Of a DNA stretch of 64,000 nt, positions 1 through 19,095 are shown one piece after another. The position numbers were made by a program, and so were the translations under genes. A model generated the notes under the pieces. It was given only the letters and a program-made list of their open reading frames with translations. It did no database searches and had not been told where the DNA came from. Within the stretch, counting starts at the first letter, position 1. Each line of letters begins with the position of its first letter. Source of the DNA: the human T2T-CHM13v2.0 reference genome, Homo sapiens; assembly GCA_009914755.4 (NCBI GenBank), contig CP068257.2:16096001-16160000 (forward strand), given 5' to 3'.

Positions 1-35
1 TATGGCAAGTAAATGGTGGAAGGATCTATTACCTG

Positions 36-322
36 TTGTTGTTGTTTTTGATACGGGGTCTCTCTCTGTTATCCAGGCTGGAGTGCAGTGGTGTGATCAT
101 GGCTCACTGAAGCCTCCAACTCATGAAGTGATTCTCTCACTTCAGCTTCCTGAATAGCTAGTACTATAGGTGTACACCACCAGGCCCAGTTAGTTTTTAA
201 TGCTTTGTAGAGATTGGGTCTCACTATGTTGCCCAAGCTGGTCTTGAATTCCTAGATCAAGTGATCCCCATCTCAGCCTCCCAAAGTGCTGGGACTATAG
301 GCATGAGCCACTGCGTTTGGCC
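36..322 (-). mobile_element. Alu SINE (AluS-like), antisense orientation
   Basis: Reverse complement of the Alu consensus: T-rich tail at the left end, then ggctggagtgcagtgg ... cctcccaaagtgctgggactataggcatgagccac. The ORFs in this stretch are Alu-derived. Confidence 0.9.
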
Positions 323-644
323 CTGGTTTTCCTTCTTAGTGCACAAGTTTTCTTTTACTACATACGTATTATTGATGACTGCTCCATATTGCACTGTAAA
401 ATAGCTGCAACCTATAGGAAAATGTAGCAGTTTCTTTTTGATAGTATACTCGGAATTTAATTTTCTCTATTCCTCTTACCTACCCTAAGCGAGGGCCCAT
501 AGTAGAAGGCACTGGATGTTGTAGTTTAACAAGTTATGATACTTATGTAGAGAATTAAGCATGCCTGGGATTACTCACAGAAAAATGACTGGCTGTAACC
601 GACAACCTCGATTTTGTTATATGCCTGCAGAAGTAGTTATATTC

Positions 645-948
645 TTTTTTTTTTTTTTTTTTTTTTTGAGACAGAGTCTCACACTGTCACCCAGGCTGGA
701 GTGTAGTGGTGCGATCTTGGCTCACTGCAACCTCCACCTCCTGGGTCCAAGCGTTTCACCTGCCTCAACCTCCTGAGTAGCTGGGACTACAGGGGCGTGC
801 CACCACACCCAGCTAATTTTTGTATTTTTAGTAGAGATGGCGTTTCACAATGTTGGCCAGGTTGGTCTCGATCTCTTGACCTCGTGATCCACCCGCCTTG
901 GCCTCCCAAAGTGCTGGGATTACAGGCATGAGCCACCAGTGCCTGGCC
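645..948 (-). mobile_element. Alu SINE (AluS/Y-like), antisense
   Basis: 23-nt poly-T (reverse-complemented A-tail) at 645-667, then a full dimeric Alu in reverse complement ending ...gagccaccagtgcctggcc. Possible degenerate TSD agtaNtattc on both flanks. Confidence 0.9.
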
Positions 949-3337
949 AGTAATATTCTTAAATTGATATCCAAATGCAGTTAACTGTAACAACTGTGAG
1001 AAGGGTTGCATGCTTCCAGAACGATGAATTATACATGAAGAGAAAAGTACAATTGTCAATTTTGGTAGAAATTTTAAAAAGATTTAGAATCTCTGATTTA
1101 GATGTGATAAAGGTTTCTTCTAAACACTTGACTCTTATGTTGAAGCCTTCAGTGTGTCTACACTTAACATTTCTATTCCTTTGCCTTCCATTTTCGTGAA
1201 TGTTGATATGTTTGATTATGAGTCTCTCCCCTTTGAAAACATTATGTATTTTCCCTTGACAATTTCTAGAGGAATAGTCTTCATTTTAAGTTATAAAACT
1301 GGTTTTAAGTTTAATCTTGACAAATTTCCTTTTGGAGCTAGAAATCTAGATGTTGTTCTTTGGAAGCTATTGAATATAATTAACACATTTCTGTCATCTC
1401 TACATATATCTACTCACATTTAGAGATAAAGTGCAATTATACCTATTTATAGTGTTATGTAACTAGGAGCCCGAGTTTTATCCCAACTGAACATAGTGTA
1501 TTGTGGAAAAACGCATAAGAATGTTTCTGTGTTTTTATCACGGCTATGATTGACTTGCTCTGACAGTCTATCCTCCTAATAAATGCAATATTACTGCTAA
1601 AATGTCCCCATTCGGCAGAAATGCATAAACAAGGAAGGGAAGTAATGTAATTTTAGTTTATATTTACCTTTGACTTGTGGTTCCCAGTTTTGGATGGCGG
1701 CCACAAAAAGCCAAGCAAATTCCCAGGACGCCAGGCCACAAGGCAGTTTCCGGCAACAGCAAGTGATTGCAGCTTTCTTAGAACTTTGCAAATATAACTT
1801 CTTCATAACAAGTATTTAAAGGCAAATAGAGTTACATTCTCTTGCTTATGAACACCTATCTTATAAACATCTGTTAAAAGAAAAGCTTTAGACAAATTAA
1901 ATGTAACAGCATTTAATTGAGCAAAGAACTATTTGTGCGTCGGGCAATCCTCAGAACCAGAACAGGTTCTGAAAGACTCCTGAGGCTGCCACATGGCTGG
2001 TTAATGTTTACAGGCAAAAAAAAAGGTAATTGAAGAACAGAAGATGGAAGGAGGGATACAGACGGCTCAGCCAGTTAAAGCTTGGTATTTGCCTGTTGAA
2101 CCTGGTTTGAATAGCTGGCCACCTGTGATTGACTGAAGCTCTGCTGCCGTGATTGGCCGAGACTCAGCTATTTGTTACAAAGGCAAATTCCTAAGTCAGG
2201 TTTTCAGTTGGTTTCCCTATTAAGTTAAGTTGCAGGTTGTCATGTAGGGCTCATATGGAGACTTCTAAAGCTTAAATTTAGTTTGATTTAACATATCTCT
2301 TATGTGCACTTTCCTGTTGCTGCTGCCATGGTGCTCCCCTCCCTCCCTGGTGTTGGGGACTTTCTTATTCTGTTGGTCCAGCTGACAAAATCCTGTGGCT
2401 GTTCATACCCTTCACACATGCCTGCCACCTCCCCCTTTCCTAGTGCCACTGCTGGCGCTAATTGGTCTTGTCACCCCTCTTTTCTTGATGCTGGAGCAGA
2501 GTTGAGTTTCATAACTCTGGGCTTATGGACATTCCAGATAGAGCATGAACTGGAACTCTAAACGTGTTTTCCTTTGGGAATTCACATGGTAAACCACCTT
2601 ATTCATTGTGGAGGGTTGAATGGGTTTTTTCCTCTGCCTTAGAACTAAATCGTCACATGATAATGGTTGTGTGGAAAGTGTGTTAAACACTGACTTAGGA
2701 AGGTTGGATAGTAATTTGTGAAAAACTGGAATTGCCTGGGCCTCCAGCACTATTCATATTTATGTAGTATCTATATTAATATAGTAACAAAATGGATTAT
2801 GATTTTAAGAAATGTATCAGTTTTGAAACAAGCAAAACTACTATTGTATGAGTAGTGTAGGGGCAGAAAGATGTGATCCCTTTTTTTTTAAATCAATTAT
2901 AAGGGTAACAATCAACAGTCCTATAACAAAAACAGGTTTACAAGAGAAAAGCATAACAAATTTATTTAACCCAAGTTTTATGTGACACAGGACACTTCAG
3001 AAATGATGACTCATTGAGCTGGGGAAAATGGCCTACTTTTATGCTTAGGTTTGATGAAGAATGGACAGCCACGTAGAAATGTGATTGAACAAAAAGAGTA
3101 CATCTAGTGGTAATAGACTGAGAGAGGAAACATAGCAAGATCTGTCTGTTCAGATTCTTCTAGATGTCTCTGGGTAGCATTTCCCCTGAACCCCACTGTA
3201 TGGGGCAGAACTCCTCTGGAATGAGGGTCTTCAAGGAAGAAAGGAGAAGGCAGAGAGTAACCTTTCTGGGTTTTATGGTTTGCTTTGAAGAGAGGTTCTA
3301 GTTTCTATGACACACCTTAAGTAAGAGAAAAATCCTG

Positions 3338-3462
3338 GGGTTGGTGTGATGGCTCATGCTTGTAATCCCAACACTTTGGGAGGCTAAGGCAGGAGGATCA
3401 CTTGAGGCCAATAGTTTAGAACCAGCCGAGCAACATGGTGAGATCCTTTCTCTATTTAAGTA
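3338..3462 (+). mobile_element. Partial Alu (left-monomer/FLAM-like fragment) inserted in unit R1
   Basis: ggttggtgtgatggctcatgcttgtaatcccaacactttgggaggctaaggcaggaggatcacttgaggcc..., then an A/T-rich tail. No right monomer. Confidence 0.7.
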
Positions 3463-6400
3463 TATTTTTTAAAATTAAAGATTAAAAAAAGGAAAGAGGA
3501 ATTCTGGTTTCTATTACTTGCTTTGAAGCAGAAAGAGGGATGGGAGACAGGAGGTCAGAGAGATTTTTGGTTCTGCGCTGCTTCTGAGGTCTTTCCATTT
3601 TCTTTAGTTCAAAGTACTCAGCATACCACAATGCCATACTTTGGGGCATCATTGTCTGAGTTTGCGAAATAGTATAGCAATCAACTCAAAAGTAAAACAC
3701 AAGGTTCGGTCGACTGGCATTTGAGTAGCCCTGTCCCATGTTTACAAAAGTGTTGGAATTCTAGAATTTTGCCAAAGGATACTCATGTGACAAATGCAGA
3801 ATCAAGATGACTGGGAATAATTTTCAGTTTGACCTTTCCCTTTTACCACTCCCATCTCTAAAACACACACATTTGGAAAGCAGATTTAGAAATATTCAAT
3901 GTTTTGTCAGGTTATCTATGCTTAAAAATTTATTTTTAAAGGAAATGTTGTCTATTGAGCCTGAATCACTATGCTCTTCAGGAATTTAGTAAGAAGTAAT
4001 TGGATGTGAAACAGAAGGTACAGGTGGTTGGGGAGTTCCTGTGACTTCAGGAATGAAGATGAATTTCATTAATTAAAATGAAATACTCAAAGTGGAAATC
4101 ACACAGGAAATAAATTGTTAGAGGAAATAGAAACTTCTTTGGTAAGAATTAAGTGATTAAGTGACTGAAAATGGTCTATCATATAACCATATAATTATAT
4201 GGATATTTTTTCTTTGATGAAAGGAAAACTGGTGATTTGGGGACTAAAAATGGGGGAACAGAGTGGGGAGAACAAGCTAGGTATAGGAAGGATTTTTATT
4301 CTGCAGCCAAAATCTTCCAATTGATGCCTTATCCTTTTGAAAGAATTATGAGGATTACATTTTCTCTAAAAGATGAAGTTTCAGTACATGATTCATGTCT
4401 TTTACTATTCGACTTTTACACTCTAAATTTATTCACTTAATAAAAGCAGCTCTACAGAAGGGTACCTTCAAAAGTATCAGGAGAATTATAAGTAGCAAGA
4501 AGATGGGACAAACTGAGAAGAAGCAGGGCAGGGAGGGAACGAGAGGAGCTGAGTGCAGAAAAGAAATTACTTCTTAGTACAGAAACGTCTGTTCACAGAA
4601 GAGAAAAAAGCGGGAGGGGCACCAAGCTTACAGAAAGGAAATCAAAGTCAAAATACCATGCCAAGCTAAAGAGAAGGCATGATTCAGAATCCAGGAAACT
4701 AAGTCTGGATTTAATGAATTTAATTTTCAAAGATTCAAGTGTGTATCAAGAGACTCCCACAGAAAAAGGCCAGGAAGGGTAACCAGAATTCCAGGCTAGC
4801 AGAACTCAGTTCCAATTATGGAGTGCCTGAAAAACACACCATGGGCCAAAAACTCTTCTGGGTTCATAGTGCAGAAGACACAGTCAGAGAGGTAAGTTGG
4901 CATGTGTGGGTGTCTAAAGGTTTAAGTGACAGAAGGGACAAACAGGCTAAGGTGTGAGTAGGCGGAGGGGAAGAAAATATCTCTTTTTCTACTCATCTTA
5001 GGTTCATGGGTGAGGCCCCTATAAGGCCCTTGGCTCCAAAAAGTTTTGCTGAAAATTATCAACATAAGGCAAATTGATTAATAAAAGAAAAGGCATACAA
5101 ATTTATTTAACATGTATACAAGAGAGCTTTCAGAATGAAGACCAAAAGATACAGAAGAAATTGTCCATTTTTACGCTTAGGTTTAACAAATTATGGACAG
5201 CCATACAGAAACAGGATGGAACAAAAAGAGTAGATTCTAATGTTAGTAGACAGAGCAGAAAACCCGGCAAGCCCTGTATAGATTCTTCTCAGCCTCTCTG
5301 AGCAAGCATTCCGTTCTTCTCAGTATGGGGAAGGGCCCTCTCTGGAATGGGATCTTATGACCTACAGTCAAACAAGGTAGGTCAGATAGTTTCTTTATGG
5401 CTAGTTTTACATAGAAAGGTGGAGGGAATATTAGAATAATAGTTTTAGGTTTTATGACTAATTTGGGGGAGAAGGGTTCTGGTTCTAAGACCCACCGGAA
5501 GGACGAAGGATTCTAGTTTCTATGGCTAGCCTTGGGAAAGAATGGGACTGAGAGATAGCAGGGCAGGAGAAGGTCAGAGAAAAACTTGCCTCTGAGGCTG
5601 CTGCTGAGGCCTTCATTTTGGGCTGTTGTTTTCTGATCCACAACATTCCCCATTGTGAAACTTTCCCAAGAAGTTTCATAGTTCAGAAATAGAGTTGCTG
5701 GATTGTCTTATAAGCTGTTAAACCAGTTTTTCAGCCCAGAGAATAGGCCAGTCCAGTTAAATAGTTAACAGTGAATCAGGCAGTGCTGTTGTTGATGGGC
5801 TTTCCCCAAAGTCAGTCCTCTATGTGATTTGAGCAATTGGATATTTAGTAAGAAGAACTTCTGTGCATATCAAAGAAAAACCAGAGTTAATGGTTAGAAC
5901 AAACTATAAACTCAGTTTTTTAGTCCAGAGGTCAGCCAGTTGAGAGGATTTTTAGATGTTGAGCTTGAAGCATGTTCAGATGAAGTCAGAGAAGATAGTG
6001 GCAATCTAGTTTGCAGTTTACATCAGATATTCCAGGAAACTTTCTGTGCAGTCAATACATCAACAAGCATGAAGACTGTTCAGATATTTAGTTGCTATAG
6101 TGATTTCTCTTAAAATTTATATCAAGTTGTCTAGCTTCAGCTCGTGGGGCTTTAGGAAAAAGCAGTTTTAATTTCAGTGATTCCAAGTCAGACATATGGG
6201 GAAAAATGAGAAATATTAGGTATAGACTTGTAACTACAGGAGAGTTCAGGATTGAGTCCAAATTGTAGATAAACAATAAAAACTGAAAAGCAATAGATGA
6301 GGTTATAATCTAATAATAGCTGTACTATAGTTTTTTTCTGAAACATAATTTCTTTCTCTCTGGTTTCCCATTTTTACTAAGGATGAATCACAATACAACC

Positions 6401-7493
6401 AATTTATTTGTAAAACAAGTTTTACTCTTATTATACTTGGCCTGATGATTTGCATAAAGTGCAGCAAGAATAGTGATTGGTCATATAGGCTCCTTTAAAT
6501 TGGCTTTGCTGAAACTTTTAAAATATGAAACCTCAAATTAGACTTTTAAAAGACCCTCTAGGTCAGCCAAGCTGATAATTTATTTGTGCCTGCAGATACC
6601 CGTATAAATTGGGTAAATTCTTCTCTTCTTGAGTTCCCAAAATAACTTGAGGTTCCTGGGCCGGTCAAGAAAGTGACATTCTTTACTTACCACAGGTCAG
6701 AAATTTTGTAAAGAAATTGCTTAGGCAAGGTAAGAGGCCAGTATTTTGAAGGGGTTTTTTATCAGTTCTATTAATTCACTTCAGTTCCTCAAAGCAGTCT
6801 GGTCATATGCCACTCCAGTCAAAGCCTTGGTAAAATAACCAGTGTTTCCAATTGTGTCCTGTTACAAAAGAAAACAGATTCTTATTGAATTTATGCAAAT
6901 AACTATATTGCCTTAAATTAAGAATACTCACAAATCATTTCAAATTCTGGAGAAATCTGGTAGAGAGAAAGAAAAATGCTTTCATTTTGCTTGCAAAAGT
7001 ATATTTTACCCAATTTGTTGTAAGTTATAAATAGCTTCAAAGAAAAAAAAGTTCTCTTTACCCTGGAAAACCAAACATTAATAGAATCAGCAATGTTTCT
7101 AACAAAAAAAGTCATTAAATTTATTTCAGACAATATGAATAATCATACCACAAAGTACCAAAAGGTATACCAGAGTCACTACACCAAGACCAGTCATATG
7201 CAAATGTTTTTCTTCCACTAATGAAAACTTTGCAGAGGAGACAAGTGGTCATTTTCATTGGCTGCCCAACCAGATTATACATAGAGAAAGGCTGGGAGTC
7301 TGACTGGTAGAAAAATTCTTATCTTTTTGCTGGCTTGTCAGGTTCTTGGGTTCTCATCTTTGTAGCTTCTAGAAGAGCAGAGCAGGTTTGATGATCCCGT
7401 TTGTAACACCAAACTACAGGAGCCAAGGCCGTTGGCCCCCTAAATTTTTGCTCGAAATCTCTGACGTGAGGCAGACTGATTAATAAAATAAAA

Positions 7494-7784
7494 ATTTATT
7501 TATTTTTTAAGACAGTGTCTTGCTCTGTTGTCCAGGTTGGAGTGCAATGGCATGATCTTGGCTCACTGCAGCCTCAACCTCCTGGGCTTCAGTGATCCTC
7601 TCACCTCAGCCTCCCAAGTAGCTCAGGCCACAGGGACCATGCCTGACTAATTGTTTATATTTTTTCTAGATATGGGGTGTCCCTATGCTGCCCAGGCTAG
7701 TCTTGAACTTCTGGGCTCAAGGGATCCTCCTGCTTCGGCCTCCCAAAAGTGGTGGCAATACAGGTGTGACCCACTGTGCCCCGC
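7494..7784 (-). mobile_element. Alu SINE, antisense, inserted in unit R3
   Basis: T-rich tail, then gacagtgtcttgctctgttgtccaggttggagtgcaatgg ... cctcccaaaagtggtggcaatacaggtgtgacccactgtgcc. The flanks correspond to contiguous sequence in the paralogous unit R2. Confidence 0.9.
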
Positions 7785-7906
7785 TTCAAATTTACTTAAT
7801 GGGTATAAATGAATCTTCAGAATGAAGAGCCAAAGATAGAGGAGAAATTGTCCATTTTTATGTTTAGATTTAACAGTTAGATAGCCATGTAGAAATGTGA
7901 TTGGAT

Positions 7907-8603
<697 letters not shown>

Positions 8604-8813
8604 CTAGATTCTTCTCAGCCTGTCCGAGCACACATTCCTTTCTTCTGGATATGGGGCAGGATCCTTTCTGGAACGGGGATCTTATGACCTGTAGTCAAAC
8701 AAGGTAGGTCGGATAATTTCTTTGTGGTCAGTTTTTACACAGAAAGGCAGAGGGAAAATTAGAATAATCGTTTGAGGCTTTGTAACTAACTCTGGGGAGA
8801 AGGGGTTCTGGTT

Positions 8814-8815
<2 letters not shown>

Positions 8816-8863
<48 letters not shown>

Positions 8864-9144
8864 AGACGGAGTCTCGCTCTGTCACGCAGGCTGGAGTGCA
8901 GTGGCGTGATCTTGGCTCACTGCAAGCTCCGTCTCCCGGGTTCACGCCATTCTCCTGCCTCAGCCTCCTAAATAGCTGGGGCTACAGGTGCCCACCACCA
9001 TACCCGGCTAATTATTTTGTATTTTTAGTAGAGACGGGGTTTCTCCGTGTTAGCCAGGATGGTCTCGATCTCCTGACCTCGTGATCTGCCCGCCTCGGCC
9101 TCCCAAAGTGCTGGGATTACAGGCGTGAGCCACCGCGCCTGGCC
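8816..9144 (-). mobile_element. AluY, antisense, with an unusually long A-tail (47-nt poly-T) and a perfect 15-bp TSD
   Basis: Poly-T at 8816-8862, then a reverse-complement AluY (gagacggagtctcgctctgtcacgcaggctggagtgcagtggcgtgatc ... ggcgtgagccaccgcgcctggcc). Many CpGs are retained. Exact direct repeat aggggttctggtttc at 8801-8815 and 9145-9159. Confidence 0.95.
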
Positions 9145-11385
9145 AGGGGTTCTGGTTTCTAAGACCCACCGTGGGGAAGAGGGATTCTAGTTTCTATGGC
9201 TAGTCTCCAGGGAAAATGGGACTGAGAGATAGTAGGGCAGAGAAAAACTTTTGCTTCTGAGGCTGCTGTTGAGGCCCTTATTTGGGGGTGTTGTATTCTG
9301 AGCCCTAACATTAATAAGAGAAAAGCCATACCAATTAAAGTTTTACATGACGTGGGAGCCTTCATAAGGAAATGAAGACCCGAAGAAACAAACCTGAAGC
9401 TTTTTACAGTAGGTTTGATCAAGAGTAGACAATCATGGAGAAATATGATAGGACAAAGATGGTTTAAACTAAATGTAATCAATGGAGGAAAACTTAGTAA
9501 AGTCTATTTGTTCAGATTCTTTTTTGTGTCTCTGTGTCTTCAGATATAAGGATGTTCCTTCCTGTGGGTATGGGGAGGGTGTTACGACCTGTTCCAGGGA
9601 AAAAGGGTAGGGCAAGATCAGAGTGACCTTTCTACTTCTGTGGTTTTCTTAAATTCCTTCAGCTTTGGGGTAACATGTGTTTAACCCCACCATGGGAAAG
9701 TGGACAACAGTATCAATGGCTTCTAATTCTTACAGTAAAAATGTCTCATAAATATTACATAAAATCTGGCTTTAAGGAAGGTAAAATTGGATTTATCCAA
9801 CACTGTTACAGGGAAGCATTTCTAATGATTCAAGGGGACAGGAAACTGAACAAATGATATTGGCAATGTTGAATATGTGTCCAGGAGCTCACTGAGGAGG
9901 GAACTTGGCTTAGTCATCTCGGGGTCTTTAGGACCTAGAGCTTAGCCCTGACTTATAGCTTCATAAAGTGTTTACTGTTCCTTATAAGATCCTTTAAAAT
10001 TCTTCCTTAGTGACCATGAGAAGGCAGTTTTTATCTTCCCAGAAACAGATTTGAATAATTTAAAACCAGTTGTAGCCACCGTGGGGTTGTAGAGTATCGA
10101 AGTTAACAGTTGAGGGGCTGAATTCAAGCTGCAGACAAATTAATTTTTTTGGTCTTTATCAGCTCAGATTGTAAAACATTAAATTTAGATTCCCTTGGAA
10201 GAGAAGTACACTCTCCAGTTTTAAACTTTCTCTGCACTCTCTTAAGGTTCAATAATTTGGATCCCTGGAACAAACTGATAGTAGGCAGATTCACAGAAGG
10301 AAAAGCATACAGTTCATTACTTGCAATTGAACAGAAGCCTCACAAAATATAAGAGTCAAAGAAAGACCAGATGACTAAAGTTGTTATGCCACACAGAAAG
10401 GAATTGAAGCTAGGGTGCCCTGGAGGGTGGTGGCAACAAGCTATGGGGGCAAGAGGAGGAACTGTACAGCGAGTAAAAGCTGTCTTATTATGCAGATCAA
10501 GTCTCTATGGCAGCAGCCCTCAGAAGAATAGATGATAGCCAGTGGTACAAGTTTCTCTGAAGGAGGTATCAGACTATTATTCTCTTTCTGTGAGTTAATC
10601 TTTCGTGGTTGCTATTTTTCTGGGGGAACTTCCCTGAGTCAGATAAGGCAAGATCAGAGAAAACCCTTACCTGCATTTGCTGCTTTCCAGGTGCTCTCAG
10701 TTTGAGTTTTAAAGCGGCATATTTGAGGGTATCATTTTCTGAGCTGCAACACAAGTGTTTCTTATTATATGACAATTGTTTTGCTAGCCTTATGCCTGAA
10801 GGCACTGGAGTTTGACCCTTTCTCAATACCTGAGAAACGAAGAAGCGCAGCTAGCTGAGTGAGCTGATGTAAAAAACCCAAAATCAGTGTTTTCAAGCTT
10901 GCATCGCTACATCAAGTGGCTTCCTAAACTAGGGGAAGATACTTGCATCTTCTTATTTGTTCAATTTGCCTCTCTGGTTTCCAGTTGCCCTATTAGCAGG
11001 CAATCTAGAACCTCCTTCTTAATGACCCGCTCCAGCCAGGTAGGTCCTATTTGCAAACACCAGATTTTCCAGGCACCGTTAGACACTGATGGCACCACTG
11101 GCTTACAAAATTCTTTTGGTGCACCTCCCAGGCTTAGGGATTATTTTCCAAACACAACTGCTGAGGCCAGATTCTGGGCCTGGCCTGTGTGTCTAGCATC
11201 AATTTCCCACTGTGCTCAAACCAGTGTTTCCCTCTCACCCAACAACAACTTCCTATACCTTTGTCTGGGGAGCTCAGACTTGGAGTATATCAGGAAGGGA
11301 ACAGGCATATGATTTGGATACAGCACCACATTCTTTCTTGGACCCTGGTCCCCAGCTAGACTGACCTTGCCTCCAGGTGACTGTT

Positions 11386-15631
<4,246 letters not shown>

Positions 15632-16937
15632 CCTCCAGGTGACTGTTGACCCTGACAGAATTTTCCTAACTTCAAGGTTCTGGGAACAGAGTGGGACTGT
15701 TGATATCTTCCTTCCCAGAAGGCTCTAGATTCTTTATGTAAGCCAATCCATTTCCTCCCAAGAGACAGCTTGGTTACCTTGTGTTTCCTTGAATCACTAG
15801 ACCTTTGCTGGAATAACAAAAACTCTTTTTCATGCTCTGGAGCCCTGCACCCACGCCATCAGGCCTATTCTCTCCACATTTACTAATTAAGAAAGATCAC
15901 TCAAATCCTTCCTGCAATGGAGAAGACTTGCTTGCTTCCTGGTGACTTTCCCTAATTTATTTTTAAACCACGTCAAGCATCCTGTTGGCTCCTGCACAGG
16001 GATCCTACTGCATTCACATTTTTCACATGGAACTTTGTGTGGACTTAGAAGACAGAAACTCGTACATAAATAATTCACAAAGAAAGACGATAGGATCTAG
16101 TAATGTGGGCAAATTCTGTGAAATGGTTACCTGAATTATAAATTATAAGGGTCTATAAAGTCTCAGTTTTCAGAAGGCTTTTACCAAATCCAATAATTAA
16201 GTGCATTGCCAGAACTTTCTAGATTCTGAGCTGCTTTCCAACAGGGTCCCATTTATGCTCCTTTCTATTTCATACATAATTTAAAAATCTCAAAGAATGT
16301 ACCCTGGGAATATTCTAAATACGAGTGGCCAGATCCTGTCCAATAAAAAAAAATGATTTTAAGATCGGTTCTACCAATGTGACTCCATCTGATTGAATTG
16401 AGAAAGTGATCACATTTGGTAGTAGGGCAGCCCTTTTACTAAATTATAAATATGTTAACTAAATGGTACTGCATCCAAATACTGCATCCAAATCATATGC
16501 CTGTTCCCTTCCTGATATACTCCAAATCTGAGCTTCCCAGATAAATATTCAATGAAAAGGCTTTAAGCACAGAGCTTCTCCTACTGGCCATTTAAACAAT
16601 GAGGTGTAGGAATGTTTCAGGAGAAATGTAGGCATTTATGATTTTAATTGACTGTTTTTCAATTTTAACTCATAGCAGACTTAATTGTGGCCTAAGTTGC
16701 ATGTGCCCACTGGAGACACTTCCTGTTTTTTAAAATTTTTGTTACTTTAAAAATATTAATGAATCCACCTGGCTAGAAACACCTATACAATCTATCCAGT
16801 GAGCAGGCTCCTTTCCACCCCTGTCCTACGCTGCCTTAGTTGTCACCATCTTTCCAATAGGGTAACATTTATTCCATTAACTTAAGAGATTTTAAATTTG
16901 TGTGTGTGTATATGCATGCATGTATGTATATATGTAG

Positions 16938-17562
16938 ATTGTTGGGAGTTCAAAACACAATACCCCAAAGTATGGTGTTTTGGCATGCTCAATACTTTAA
17001 ACTGAAGGACATTGGAAAGGCCTCAGAACCAAGGTCTCTCTGACCCTCTGCTGCTCTCCTGTCTTCCACCCCTCTTCCTCCCCCAAACTGAGTTATAGTA
17101 ACCAGAATTTCTCTTGCCCAAGGTGGATCATAGAAACTAGAACCCCTCTCTTCCAAATCAAGCCATAAAACCTAGGAAGGTCACTTTATCCCTTTTCTCC
17201 TGAGACCCTCATTCCAGAAAGGTCCTGCCCCATACCCAGGAGGATGGATTGCTACGTGGAGAAGTCAAGAAGAATCTGGACAGACAGGCCGGGCTGGGTT
17301 TCCTTCCTCCATCTACTACCATTAAATCATACCCTTTTGTGCAATCACATTTCCACACTGCTGTCCACACTTCATCAAAACTAAGCATAAAAAGAAACAG
17401 TTTTCCCTGGGTCTTTGGGTTTTCATTTCTGAAGACTCTCATGTCATATAAAACTTTGATTAATGCACCTGTTATGCCTTTTCCTTGTTAACCTGTCTTT
17501 TGTTATAGAAATGTCAGCCTGATAATTGGTGAGAAAATGTATCATACCTTTCTGCTTCTACA
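16938..17562 (+). repeat. Unclassified LTR-like repeat, copy A (TG...CA-bounded, ~625 bp)
   Basis: Begins tgttgggagttcaaaacacaataccccaaagtatgg and ends ...ctttctgcttctaca. It is homologous over its whole length to 21640-22750 once the MST insertion there is removed. Family not recognised. Confidence 0.4.
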
Positions 17563-18586
17563 ACATACACATATGTGAACATATATACATGTGCCTTGTA
17601 TGTATGTAGGTACATATGTTGTGTGTGTGTGTCTGGAGGAGGTGAGGGAGGGAGACAGGAATACAAATAGGGAGTGGGAGAGAAATAGAAATGAACTCGG
17701 TTAATATATAAGCAGATACTAATGTTACTTTTCTGCCCTTTTTACGCAAATGGCAGGCAGCATCCTATACCGATTATTCTACATCTTGTTTTATTTCATA
17801 TTTATTACTATATCTTGAAGATAATTATATAACAGTACATAAATGGCCTCTGTATTCTTTTTATAGCTGCATAGAATTTTGAGTTGTTTCCAATTTTACA
17901 TAATTACAAATAATGCTTTATATGACGTAATAACTGTGACATATATTATTTGACATATGCTCAAGTACTTCTGTAGAATAAAATTTTGAAATTGGAATTG
18001 CTAATTCCAAAGGTATATTATGAACGTTTTTATTCTTGTAGATGTCTAATTACATTCTATTAGTAAATATGCCAAGTTACAGCCCCACTAGCATTGTGGG
18101 AGTGTTGACTTTTTCCACAGTTTAATCAACACAATGTATGTTCAAACTTTTGAGTTTTTATCCATTTAGCAGGAAAAAGTGAGCAACCTAATGTAGTTTT
18201 AATCTGTATCACTTATGGGTGAGATTATACAAGTTTTTCATATAGTTAAGATCCTTTTATATTTCCTTTTTTGTGAATTATTCTTTATCGTTTATTTATC
18301 ACTTTAAATAGCATTTTTCTTATTTGTTGAAACATACTTTATATTTTAGAGATATTGATTCTTTGTCTACAATATAAACTTGCAATATCCTTTCCAATTT
18401 GTCATTTAGTTTTCTTTTTGCTTATAGGTGTTTATTTTTTATTTTTTGGTTCGTTTTGGTTTTTACACAAAAGTTTTGATTATAGAGTTGAGTTTATCCA
18501 TTTTGTATAGCTTCTCGATAATGGATTCACAGTTGGAAATGTCTGCCTATTTTTATTTTTATTTATTTATTTTTTTAGTACGTTGA

Positions 18587-18952
<366 letters not shown>

Positions 18953-19095
18953 TAAAATTTGTTTTCTATTTTACCATTTTTCCAAATGGCTACCCAGTTG
19001 TCCCAACAGCATATATTAAATATTCTATCTTCTCTATTGATGTGAATTGCCATCCTTAACATTTACTAAATTTGCTTATTATTGATTGATTTTGG

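Noticed and set aside
10887-11312. 141-aa plus-strand ORF in apparently non-repeat sequence
   Set aside because: It has no start context, splice signals or CpG retention, and is Ser/Leu/Cys-rich with no recognisable domain. The 5' end of the neighbouring L1 insertion site begins at 11386. It is most likely a chance ORF, which is expected at about this frequency in 64 kb.
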